Source of the DNA: Planctomycetota bacterium
Lineage (GTDB): Bacteria; Planctomycetota; Planctomycetia; Isosphaerales; Isosphaeraceae
Reading direction: 5' to 3'
Assembly (NCBI GenBank): GCA_028291545.1
Contig: JAQGHR010000040.1
Location: 96,589-160,588, forward strand
DNA length: 64,000 nucleotides
The translations under genes were made by a program, and so were the position numbers. This document shows positions 55,792 to 64,000 of the stretch, in pieces. The notes beneath the pieces are model-generated. The model had not been told where the DNA came from and did not search any database. It worked only from the letters and a program-made list of their open reading frames with translations. Positions within the stretch are counted from its first letter, which is position 1. Each line of letters starts with the position of its first letter.

Positions 55792-57012
55792 ATGGATACG
55801 TTTGACTTTCTCAACTCGGCGCTCGCCCTTTCGCCGAACGCGATCTCCTATCATGTGAGCGAACGCCTCGCGAATATCTTCCCCGAAAGCGCGATCATCG
55901 AGGGCGAGGCCGGCTATTTTGATATCGAGAAATACGCCGAGGCGCACGCTTGCACGATTCGCCCCAGGGACGACGTCCATAGTCAATTCACGATCGGATG
56001 GGACGAGGACGATGGCGTCTGGAAACGCGGGCGAAACGCCTGGTTCTCGGCCGAGTGGGAGGGCCACGACTTCGAAGTCCTGATGTTGAGCTGGAACGCC
56101 GGTTTCTGCGACGAGAAGTTCATCTGGATCGTCGCCGACGAGGAAGCAACGGCCAACGCCTTCTACGCCGAGGTCTGCGCATGGAACGCCGAGATCCGGG
56201 ACGAGGTCCTCGTTTTCGACGGCGGCGGCTGGGCCAAGAGCGAATCCCTGTTCGAATCGATCAAGAACGCCACGTTCGAGAACCTGGTCCTCGCCGGCTC
56301 CCTCAAGGCCGAGATCCGCAACGATCTGAATCGGTTCTTCGCCATGAAGGAAACCTACGAGACCCACCGCGTCCCGTGGAAGCGAGGTGTGCTCTTCGTG
56401 GGTCCTCCCGGAAACGGCAAGACCCATGCGGTCAAGGCCCTGATCAACGCAATCGGCAAGCCCTGCCTCTACGTGAAGAGCTTCCAGGCCGAGCACTCCA
56501 CCGAGCACGATTGCATCCGCCAGGTCTTCCAGCGCGCGAGGAAAAGCGCCCCCTGCATCCTGGTCCTGGAAGACCTCGACTCACTCATCAACGCGAACAA
56601 TCGTTCGTTCTTCCTGAACGAGCTGGACGGCTTCGCGGCCAACACGGGCGTGGTCACTCTGGCCACGACGAACCATCCCGACCGGCTCGATCCCGCGATC
56701 CTGGATCGTCCCAGCCGGTTCGATCGCAAGTACCATTTCGACCTCCCGGCACTCTCGGAGCGGCTCGCGTACGTCCGTCTCTGGTCCTGTTCGCTGGCGG
56801 ACACCCTTCGCCCGACCGAGGCCGGACTGGCCGAGGTGGCGGAACGGACCCGGGCGTTCTCGTTCGCCTACCTGAAGGAGCTTTTTCTTTCCTCCATGAT
56901 GCGCTGGATGGCCGAGCCGGGCGCTGCCTCCATGGACGCGGTTCTCCTGGAGCAGATCGAACTGCTTCGCTCCCAGATGGTCAGTGCCGTGGCGGAACCG
57001 ACCGAATCGTGA
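55792..57012 (+). CDS. AAA+ ATPase (classic AAA clade) with an uncharacterised ~190-aa N-terminal domain.
   Basis: Walker A GPPGNGKTH, Walker B ILVLEDLD, second region of homology TTNHPDRLDPAILDRPSRFDR. Confidence 0.85.
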   Translation: MDTFDFLNSALALSPNAISYHVSERLANIFPESAIIEGEAGYFDIEKYAEAHACTIRPRDDVHSQFTIGWDEDDGVWKRGRNAWFSAEWEGHDFEVLMLSWNAGFCDEKFIWIVADEEATANAFYAEVCAWNAEIRDEVLVFDGGGWAKSESLFESIKNATFENLVLAGSLKAEIRNDLNRFFAMKETYETHRVPWKRGVLFVGPPGNGKTHAVKALINAIGKPCLYVKSFQAEHSTEHDCIRQVFQRARKSAPCILVLEDLDSLINANNRSFFLNELDGFAANTGVVTLATTNHPDRLDPAILDRPSRFDRKYHFDLPALSERLAYVRLWSCSLADTLRPTEAGLAEVAERTRAFSFAYLKELFLSSMMRWMAEPGAASMDAVLLEQIELLRSQMVSAVAEPTES

Positions 57013-57050
57013 GGATCGGGATTCCCATCGGTCCCATACGGATTGAACGA

Positions 57051-58883
57051 TCAGCCAAGAATGCCGTGCAACGGTCCCCCACGAACGGCGAGCGCCTCGA
57101 CTCGCGCCACGATCCTCGGGTCATCCTCCAGCGGCGGGGCGTGATGGGGCTTGATCCGGGCGTCGATCACGAGAGGCCCGGCACATCCCCAATGCTTTTG
57201 GTGGGTGAAGGCGCCGATACCATCGATATCGGCCGCGGGATTGGACCGGGTAAACGTGACCCAGAGGAAGTTGCGAAGCGATCGTGCCGAGAACTCGGCG
57301 TCATCGACGATCACGATGAGAGGGAACGATCGGAGCGGATGCTGGTGTTCGATCTCCTGGCAGAACCGGCGGATGTCCTGGGAGTCCTGAGAATATCCCG
57401 GCCCCTGAATCACGAGCGCCCCTGGAAAGGCGGCACGGGGCGTATGGAATCCGTCGGGCAGACGGAACCCGGATGCGAGTTCGGTCGGCAATTCGCGGCG
57501 ACGTGGTCCGGCCGCGGCGATCACGACCTTGGAACCCTGGTTCAGGCCGTGGCCCGAGTAGTCGAGCGTGTCGATCGTCGTCCGGGTCTGAAAATGCAGG
57601 TCTTCGGCGAAGTCCACCCGCTCCAGGACGTGGCGCAGGAAGCCGCCGATGTCGTGGATATCCAGGTCGGGGGCGTCTCCCTTCGCAATGATCAACAGAT
57701 ACTTGGCCAGCGACATTTGCCCCTGGCCCAGGATCGCGTTGGCCTGCGTGAGAAGCTCTTGCGGCCGTCGTGAAACGGCATAGGGAACGTAGCGCTCGCT
57801 GCCGATCGCCAGCAGGAGGGGATGGACCCCGGCGGCGTCGACGGCATGAACGGCATGGACGCCGGGCAGGACCGTCGGCACGAGCGGCCCGGTCAGTTCG
57901 TGAATCAGCTCGCCGAACGAGGTGTCCTCCTGCGGAGGCCGACCGACCGAGGTGAAGGGCCAGATGGCACCCTCGCGATGGTAGACGCGATCGACCCGCA
58001 TGACGGGGAAATCGTGCGTCAGCGAGTAATACCCAAGGTGGTCGCCGAACGGCCCTTCCGGCTTCTGCATGGCCGGGTCGATCGACCCACAGAGCACGAA
58101 ATCCGCCTCCGCCGGCATGGGAAGACCGCCATCGGGCGTCACCATGCGGACGCGATGGCCGCCGAGAGCGCCGGCGAAGCTCAGTTCCGGAAGTCCCTCG
58201 GGCAGGGGCATCACGGCCGCGACGGTCATCGCCGGAGGCCCGCCGACGAACACGTTCACCCGTAACGATTCACCGCGACGGATCGCCGCCGCGTGATGCA
58301 CGCCAATCCCTCGGTGGATCTGGTAGTGGAGGCCCACTTCGCTGTTCGGCTCGTAGCGATTCCCCGAGATCTGGACGCGGTACATCCCCAGGTTCGCCTT
58401 CGCCAGGCCGGGCCGGTCGGGGTCCTCGGTGTAGACCTGCGGCAACGTGATGAACGCGCCCCCATCGTTGGGCCACGAGACGAGCTGAGGGAGGCGATCG
58501 AGGGTCGTTTGATGGGCCAGAATGGGTCCGGTCCGTACCCGTCGGGGAAGAAGATGCAACGCCGCGAAGGGAACGTCGCGATACCTCCAGGGATTCCGCA
58601 AGGCGGCCGGTGGCCGGATCTTCAAGTCGACGAGGTGGCGAACGGCCTGGAGGGTGTCGCGAAACAGGAATCGGGTCCGCTCCATCGTGCCGAACAGATT
58701 CCCGAGCATCGGGAAGGCGCAACCCGTCACGTTCTTGAACAGGATCGCCGGCCCGTGCGCCTCGAAGACCCGTCGCTGGATCAAGGCGGCTTCCAATCGA
58801 GCGTCGATCTCGCACTCAATTTCGAGCAGATGCCCGTGCCGACGCAGGTCCGCGACACAATCCGCCAGAGAACGGTAACCCAT
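57051..58883 (-). CDS. UbiD-family (prenyl-FMN dependent) decarboxylase, probably a quinone/menaquinone biosynthesis decarboxylase.
   Basis: N-terminus YRSLADCVADLRRHGHLLEIECEIDARLE. GPAILFKNV. Divergent from the ubiE-ubiX operon. Confidence 0.85.
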   Translation of the reverse strand: MGYRSLADCVADLRRHGHLLEIECEIDARLEAALIQRRVFEAHGPAILFKNVTGCAFPMLGNLFGTMERTRFLFRDTLQAVRHLVDLKIRPPAALRNPWRYRDVPFAALHLLPRRVRTGPILAHQTTLDRLPQLVSWPNDGGAFITLPQVYTEDPDRPGLAKANLGMYRVQISGNRYEPNSEVGLHYQIHRGIGVHHAAAIRRGESLRVNVFVGGPPAMTVAAVMPLPEGLPELSFAGALGGHRVRMVTPDGGLPMPAEADFVLCGSIDPAMQKPEGPFGDHLGYYSLTHDFPVMRVDRVYHREGAIWPFTSVGRPPQEDTSFGELIHELTGPLVPTVLPGVHAVHAVDAAGVHPLLLAIGSERYVPYAVSRRPQELLTQANAILGQGQMSLAKYLLIIAKGDAPDLDIHDIGGFLRHVLERVDFAEDLHFQTRTTIDTLDYSGHGLNQGSKVVIAAAGPRRRELPTELASGFRLPDGFHTPRAAFPGALVIQGPGYSQDSQDIRRFCQEIEHQHPLRSFPLIVIVDDAEFSARSLRNFLWVTFTRSNPAADIDGIGAFTHQKHWGCAGPLVIDARIKPHHAPPLEDDPRIVARVEALAVRGGPLHGILG

Positions 58884-59034
58884 GCGTCGACGGCCTCACT
58901 CCGATGCAAATCCGAGCCGAGGAATCTCGGCCATCCTGAGCATAGACGTTTTCGGCGGAAGAACCAGCCCGGAAGGATGCCTCCACGAGGCGCGGGGATG
59001 GACATGGACATCGCGCCCGCCTATACCTGAATCT

Positions 59035-59844
59035 ATGGGAACCCGGGTTACCGCGCCCTTTCTCGCCCTCGATGAGTGCCCCGTGACCATTCAAACGCAA
59101 CGGCCACCCGTCGATAAATCCGGTCGCCGCGTCCGTGCGATGTTCGGCTCGATCGCCGGTCGATACGACCTCATGAATCACCTCTTGAGCCTGAACATAG
59201 ACAGGCTCTGGAGACGCTTCACGACAAGAACCGTCCCGCCCCAGCCGGGCGTCCCCGTCCTCGACTGCTGCACCGGGACGGCGGATCTGGCGCTCGCCTA
59301 CGACCGGGCGGGCCGGGGCGCGTCTCCCATCGTCGGGACCGATTTCTGCCACGAGATGCTGGCCGTCGGGGTCAAGAAAGTCCACAAGGCAGGGGCTGGC
59401 AAACGCGTGTCTCTGATCGAGGGCGATACGCAAAGGCTGCCGGTCCCGAGCGACACCTTCGGGGTCGTGACGGTGGCCTTCGGCCTTCGAAATGTCGCCA
59501 ACACCGTCCTGGGTATCGACGAGATGATCCGCGCCGCGAGGCCGGGCGGAAAGGTGGCCATCCTCGAATTCTCTCGGCCCCGGGGCCGCATCCTCGGCCC
59601 GATCTGGACCGGATTCTTCAAGCGAGTGCTCCCGAGGGTCGGCCAGGCGCTCGCCCCGAACGAGCACGGTGCCTATGACTACCTCCCGAACAGCGTGATG
59701 CAGTTTCCCGACGGCCAGGCCATGCTCGATTTGATGTCCTCGCGAGGTCTGGTTGACGTTCGCCAGCACGCGCTCACGTTCGGGATCGCCAGCCTCTATG
59801 TCGGGACCAAGCGCGACCTGACCGGGGCTGACGATGGACGCTGA
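59035..59844 (+). CDS. ubiE: Demethylmenaquinone/ubiquinone C-methyltransferase (UbiE/MenG).
   Basis: VRAMFGSIAGRYDLMNHLLSLNIDRLWRR, VLDCCTGTADL, ILEFSRP. The start is uncertain (ATG 59035 or GTG 59083). Confidence 0.85.
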   Translation: MGTRVTAPFLALDECPVTIQTQRPPVDKSGRRVRAMFGSIAGRYDLMNHLLSLNIDRLWRRFTTRTVPPQPGVPVLDCCTGTADLALAYDRAGRGASPIVGTDFCHEMLAVGVKKVHKAGAGKRVSLIEGDTQRLPVPSDTFGVVTVAFGLRNVANTVLGIDEMIRAARPGGKVAILEFSRPRGRILGPIWTGFFKRVLPRVGQALAPNEHGAYDYLPNSVMQFPDGQAMLDLMSSRGLVDVRQHALTFGIASLYVGTKRDLTGADDGR

Positions 59845-60427
59845 CTTGCCCCTGGTGATGGCGATGACCGGCGCCAGCGGCGCACCGATCGCCGTCCGAC
59901 TGCTCAACGTGCTCGTCGCGTCCGGACGGACCGTCCACCTGACCATCAGTCCGAGCGCGGTCCAGGTCATTCGCGAGGAGATGGATCTGGAGGTCTCGCT
60001 CTCCCGGTTCGAGCCGTCGAGTCTGGGCGTCACGAATCCCGATCGCGTCGTCTACCATCATTCCTCGGATTTCAAGGCGGGAATTGCGAGTGGTTCGTTC
60101 CGAACCGGTGGCATGGTAGTCGCCCCATGCAGCATGAGCACGCTGGCGTCCATCGCCCACGGCATCACGACCAATCTGATCACTCGCGCGGCCGATGTTC
60201 ATCTGAAGGAAAGGCGAAAGTTGATTCTCATCCCGAGGGAGACGCCACTCAGCCTCGTTCACCTGGAAAACATGACGGCCGTCACTCGGGCCGGAGCCGT
60301 CGTCCTCCCCGCGATGCCCGGTTGGTATCATCGCCCGAAAACGATCGAGGATCTTGTGGATTTCGTCGTCTCGCGCATCTGCGATCAACTGAACATTCCC
60401 AATGAATTGATGAACCGATGGGGATGA
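59834..60427 (+). CDS. ubiX: Flavin prenyltransferase UbiX.
   Basis: VMAMTGASGAPIAVRLL, MVVAPCSMSTLASIAHG, LILIPRETPL. Confidence 0.9.
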   Translation: MDADLPLVMAMTGASGAPIAVRLLNVLVASGRTVHLTISPSAVQVIREEMDLEVSLSRFEPSSLGVTNPDRVVYHHSSDFKAGIASGSFRTGGMVVAPCSMSTLASIAHGITTNLITRAADVHLKERRKLILIPRETPLSLVHLENMTAVTRAGAVVLPAMPGWYHRPKTIEDLVDFVVSRICDQLNIPNELMNRWG

Positions 60428-61383
60428 CGAACCGGATGAATCAACGGCGTCCTCGATCTCGCACGGTGCTCGTCACCGGCGCATCGAGCGGCATCGGCGC
60501 CGGGATTGCTCGGCGATTGATGAGCGAAGGAGCGAGTCATCGTCTGGTCCTGACCGCGCGACGGGTGGAATCGCTCGAATCCCTCGCGAATGACGCAAGG
60601 CAACAGGGCTGCGACGTGCTCGTTTTGCCCGACGATCTGGCCGATCCCGACGCCCCGGAACGCATCATCAGCGCGGCGGTCGCTCGGTTCGGGGGGATCG
60701 ACGTCCTGATCAATAACGCCGGCCTCGGCCTGCCGGACCCCTTCTCGCGAGCGAATCCGCTGGAGCTCGCGCGGCAGATCCAGGTGAACTTCACCGCGCC
60801 ACTGATCCTGACCAGGCTCGCGCTTCCGTATCTGGTCAAGTCCAAGGGGACGATAATCAACATCGGTTCCTCCATCACCTGCGTGGCGAACCCAATTTTC
60901 GGCGCGTACGGCGCGACCAAGGCCGCCCTGGCGTACTGGAACGATGCCCTGCGTCGCGAGTTGAGGCCCCACGGCGTAAGCGTCTGCCTCGCCGAGCCCG
61001 GCCCGGTCGTCACGGAATTCTTCCAGGCGGTGGCCTCGCGTTTCCCGGGTCGCGGTTCGCAAGGAGGTGGTTTTTCGGCCGAGGATCTCGCGTCGGCCGA
61101 GACGTTCCGCCAGTTCGCCGCCATCGATCCCCCTCCCGCGTGGACGTCGGCAACCGTTGACGATGTTGCATGCCGGATCGTCCGGCTCCTCGAGCATCCC
61201 AGGAGGAGGATCTCCGTATTGCGTCGCGTGGTCTGGCCGTTCCGCGCCCTCGGCTTGCTGATTCGTGCCGTCCCGCTGCTGGGCGACATCGCAATCGGAC
61301 GGATGGTGACGAGAATGGAAGCACTACCTGCCGACCCCAATTCCAACGCGGGGGGCGTCGCCGATGTTCGGGCCGGTCGCTGA
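60424..61383 (+). CDS. SDR family oxidoreductase.
   Basis: ATGA overlap at 60424-60427 (an upstream ATG at 60418 is also possible). TGASSGIG, NNAG, YGATKAA. Confidence 0.85.
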   Translation: MTNRMNQRRPRSRTVLVTGASSGIGAGIARRLMSEGASHRLVLTARRVESLESLANDARQQGCDVLVLPDDLADPDAPERIISAAVARFGGIDVLINNAGLGLPDPFSRANPLELARQIQVNFTAPLILTRLALPYLVKSKGTIINIGSSITCVANPIFGAYGATKAALAYWNDALRRELRPHGVSVCLAEPGPVVTEFFQAVASRFPGRGSQGGGFSAEDLASAETFRQFAAIDPPPAWTSATVDDVACRIVRLLEHPRRRISVLRRVVWPFRALGLLIRAVPLLGDIAIGRMVTRMEALPADPNSNAGGVADVRAGR

Positions 61384-62239
61384 GCTTCTCGGGATGATCA
61401 AGTTCAGCCACACGCTATTCGCTCTGCCGTTCGCGCTGCTTGGCGCGGCACTCGCGGCGAGGGATGCCGCCGGATGGCGAGGATCCTGGCGGGACTGGCT
61501 GGGAATCCTGCTTTGCATGGCGACCGCTCGATCCGCCGCCATGGCGTTCAACCGCCTCGTGGACCGGAAAATTGATGCGAAAAATCCCAGGACCGCTTCG
61601 CGACACCTCCCCTCCGGTCGATTATCGGTCGCTTCGGTCATCGCCTTCACGACGGCTTGTTCCGCCGGATTCGTTCTGTCCACCCTGCTGTTTCTCCCGA
61701 ACCGCTGGCCTCTCGTGCTCGCGTTGCCCGTATTGATTTGGCTCTTCGGGTACTCCTACGCCAAACGGTTCACGAGCCTGGCCCATTTCTGGCTGGGAGC
61801 GGCCCTGATGATGGCTCCCGTGGCGGCGTGGATCGCGATCCGAGGGAATCTGGCATGGCCGCCTGTCCTTTTGGGTGTGGCGGTACTGTTCTGGGTCGCC
61901 GGATTCGACGTGATCTACGCGTGTCAGGATGCCGAGTTCGATCGCTCCTCCGGACTACATAGCCTTCCGTCGCGTTTGGGCGTGGCCGGGGCGCTTCGAC
62001 TCGCGGCGATCTGTCACGGATTAATGATCGTCGCCCTGATTGGGCTGGGTCTGACCGATTCCCCTCCGCTTGGCGCAATTTATTTCGCAGGCGTCGCAAT
62101 TGTTGCAGCACTATTGATTTATGAACACGCGATCGTCAAGCCCGATGACCTCGCACGCGTCAACGTCGCGTTCTTTCAGGTCAATGTCGGCATCAGCCTG
62201 GGCCTTCTCGCCGTCGGGGTGACGGACCTGATCTTCTAG
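61364..62239 (+). CDS. UbiA-family aromatic polyprenyltransferase (4-hydroxybenzoate or 1,4-dihydroxy-6-naphthoate type).
   Basis: IKFSHTLFALPFALLGA, NRLVDRKIDAKNPRTASRHLPSG, second Asp-rich region DVIYACQDAEFD. Eight or nine TM helices. Confidence 0.85.
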   Translation: MFGPVAELLGMIKFSHTLFALPFALLGAALAARDAAGWRGSWRDWLGILLCMATARSAAMAFNRLVDRKIDAKNPRTASRHLPSGRLSVASVIAFTTACSAGFVLSTLLFLPNRWPLVLALPVLIWLFGYSYAKRFTSLAHFWLGAALMMAPVAAWIAIRGNLAWPPVLLGVAVLFWVAGFDVIYACQDAEFDRSSGLHSLPSRLGVAGALRLAAICHGLMIVALIGLGLTDSPPLGAIYFAGVAIVAALLIYEHAIVKPDDLARVNVAFFQVNVGISLGLLAVGVTDLIF

Positions 62240-62261
62240 AGCCATTCCGGGTGCATTCACC

Positions 62262-62984
62262 ATGCGAGCGATCCTCATCTCCCTCCTGTTCGTCACCAGC
62301 AGCTTCGGCGCGGATGCACCTGCCCAGCCGACGATCGCTCCGGGCATCCGCGAAAGCCAGGTCACCCTGCTGCTCGAACGGGCCGGCAAACGGACGCAAC
62401 TTCAGGCGACGGTCATTGCCAAGGGCGCGACCAGCCTGACCGTGATGACCGCCGGACACGGCCTCGGGCCGGCCGATTTGGGAGTACCCCTCCGAATCCG
62501 AGCCCGAGACCGGATGATTGCCGGACGGGTCGAAGCCGTGACCCGGAACCCCAACTATCGCGCCGCACCGTCGGGAGACATCCCCGGGGCCGACAATGCC
62601 GTGGCGCGGTTCCGTCTGGATGCCGCGGACGCGCCGGCACCCGATTTCTTGCAAATTGCCGAGGTCGCGGGCTGGGCGATCCCGGAGCCATCCGGCAGCG
62701 CGTTGACCATCCAGACGATCGATCAATTCCATGTTCCCCACGTCGTCAAGGCGGGGAACTACACGAATCCTCGCTGGCTGGAATGGGGGCCGAATTACCG
62801 GCCCGTCCCCGGAGACTCGGGGAGCGGAGTTTTTGTCGTCCGACTCCGGCCCGACGGATCCGCCGGCCCCGTCCTGATCGGAGTCGTCGTGGATCGCAGC
62901 GAGCGCGGGGGAGGCGCGGCGCTGGTCCATCGGAAGGACGGATGGGTGAACGCGGCGATCAAGAATCTCGGTACGAAAAAGTGA
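62262..62984 (+). CDS. Secreted trypsin-like serine protease-fold protein.
   Basis: Signal peptide MRAILISLLFVTSSFGA. MTAGHGL (His region) and GDSGSGVFV (Ser region). Confidence 0.6.
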   Translation: MRAILISLLFVTSSFGADAPAQPTIAPGIRESQVTLLLERAGKRTQLQATVIAKGATSLTVMTAGHGLGPADLGVPLRIRARDRMIAGRVEAVTRNPNYRAAPSGDIPGADNAVARFRLDAADAPAPDFLQIAEVAGWAIPEPSGSALTIQTIDQFHVPHVVKAGNYTNPRWLEWGPNYRPVPGDSGSGVFVVRLRPDGSAGPVLIGVVVDRSERGGGAALVHRKDGWVNAAIKNLGTKK

Positions 62985-63025
62985 TCCCGGGGTATGAGTC
63001 CAGTTTGGTGCTGGTGTCGGGATTC

Positions 63026-63103
63026 GGGTGCCACTGGCAGCTCGCCTGCCAGTGTCCGCGGCCCCCGACCAGCACACTGGCAGGCGAGCTGCCAGTGGCA
63101 CCC
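63026..63103. repeat. 30-bp perfect inverted repeat with an 18-nt spacer. Each arm is itself a hairpin (nested palindromes).
   Basis: GGGTGCCACTGGCAGCTCGCCTGCCAGTGT (63026-63055) is the exact reverse complement of 63074-63103. Within each arm, CACTGGCAG/CTGCCAGTG pair. Confidence 0.9.
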
Positions 63104-63305
63104 GGCGCCGGATCCAACCGTTGCAATAATCGCCGAAGGTACGCGTTCACGGGGCGATGGCGACCGCCGTCCGGGTGAGAGCCCGGTGCGGCGGGAACAA
63201 ACCTGACCTGGCCACATCAAGACCAGAGGCAACCCGCCGGACGCGCCGGCGTGATCGACCGACGCGCCCGATGAGTCCGGAATTCGACCGCGGCGAGTCT
63301 CCGAA

Positions 63306-64000
63306 TCAGCCACGTACGCGGATGACGGCGGAGGTGTTCAACGTGTTGCCGCCTGCGTCGAGCGCCTTGACCTCGAAGAAGGGTCCTGCGGCCGTGGTGG
63401 CGATCGCCGTCTCAAAGCCCGATCGGGGCGTGATCGACACTTGCGAGAGCGACGCGCGGCTCGGCCCTGCGAGCAGCTCCCAGGACTGCGTCTCCGTCGA
63501 GCCGTTCCACGACGCGTACACGGTCGTTCGCCCGTTCGCGGAGGCGCCCGCCACGGACGGCTTCGTGAGGGGGAGGCCCGCCCACGGAAGGCTGAACGCG
63601 CGGTAAGAAATCTGCTGGCCGTCCAGGAGGTAATCGGCGAGGACCGACCCGCTGCGGGAATACTCCGTGACGTGAGAGCCGATCCCCCCGCCCGGCCTAG
63701 CATTCAGGCCCGAACCGATAAGCACATGGCCGTTCGCGAGGTTTTGCAAGTTGCCCTGGCTGTTCGAAAAGAGCGCCGGATCGTGGACATCGGGCGGACT
63801 TGCGAGGCTTGCGGCGTGGTTTTGCAAGTCGAGGTTCAGGGTCAAGCCCCGCGACGCGCCATAGGGACCGCCGTATGGCGGCGATCCCGCGCCGGCGTTG
63901 TCGTAGAGACTGATCCCCCCGGGCACGAAACGAGCGTCATGCTGATACTGGAACGCCGAGCCGAAAGGGCCCGTGACCAGGCTGGACGGCAAGTGGAACT
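63306..64000 (-). CDS. Arylsulfotransferase (ASST)-family-like protein, C-terminal part. The gene continues beyond the window.
   Basis: FQYQHDARFVPGGISLYDN, TVYASWNGSTETQSWELLAG, GFETAIATT...FFEVKALDAGGNTL resemble the C-terminal region of ASST-family proteins. Confidence 0.55.
   Translation of the reverse strand, partial: FHLPSSLVTGPFGSAFQYQHDARFVPGGISLYDNAGAGSPPYGGPYGASRGLTLNLDLQNHAASLASPPDVHDPALFSNSQGNLQNLANGHVLIGSGLNARPGGGIGSHVTEYSRSGSVLADYLLDGQQISYRAFSLPWAGLPLTKPSVAGASANGRTTVYASWNGSTETQSWELLAGPSRASLSQVSITPRSGFETAIATTAAGPFFEVKALDAGGNTLNTSAVIRVRG

Noticed and set aside
55998-57773. 591-aa ORF on the plus strand.
   Set aside because: It is an out-of-frame reading across the AAA+ gene that continues antisense into the UbiD-family gene. 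It is Arg/Pro/Gly-rich nonsense.
58816-60033. 405-aa ORF on the minus strand, and the 62193-63101 minus ORF (302 aa).
   Set aside because: They are antisense to the ubiE/ubiX genes and to the trypsin-like gene, respectively. Their composition is that of shadow ORFs.

Overview
GC-rich bacterial chromosomal segment. The gene content points to Planctomycetota, probably an Isosphaeraceae- or Gemmataceae-like organism. Supporting genes: a DUF1549/DUF1553 + DUF1501 pair, a DUF1559 prepilin-like H-X9-DG protein, a BlaI/M56 pair, a PEP-CTERM protein, and secreted proteins with LE-x-R-A-L-[LM] N-terminal leaders. All family calls were made by eye from sequence motifs; no database search was run. Layout: (i) 1-22.5 kb is a glycan-assembly island. 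It holds at least 7 glycosyltransferases, 2 SAM methyltransferases, a CE4 deacetylase, a Gfo/Idh/MocA oxidoreductase and a DUF362 protein, mostly in one translationally coupled operon. The island is interrupted by a secreted beta-helix/Calx-beta protein and a dacB / blaI-blaR1-like divergon. (ii) 22.5-48 kb holds a DEAD-box helicase, a membrane MutS-domain-V ATPase, a PEP-CTERM protein, tRNA-Gly(CCC), and a tRNA-Lys(UUU) gene split by a 317-nt group I-like intron. It also holds the DUF1549/1553-DUF1501 pair, two TIM-barrel sugar isomerase-like genes, RNase D, two alpha/beta hydrolases and a 1222-aa CHAT/TPR protein whose catalytic His and Cys appear substituted. It ends with a DUF1559 protein, a class II cytochrome c, selC (tRNA-Sec) and a tandem (single-chain) CsrA-like gene. 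(iii) 48-64 kb holds clpC, TPR and AsmA-like membrane proteins, a secreted metallohydrolase-like protein and an AAA+ ATPase. It also holds a menaquinone/quinone late-step cluster (ubiD-family / ubiE-ubiX-SDR-ubiA-family), a trypsin-like protease, a 30-bp perfect inverted repeat and a partial ASST-like gene. I saw no rRNA, CRISPR array, transposase or integrase. Many long ORFs in the six-frame track are GC-driven shadow ORFs and were rejected.
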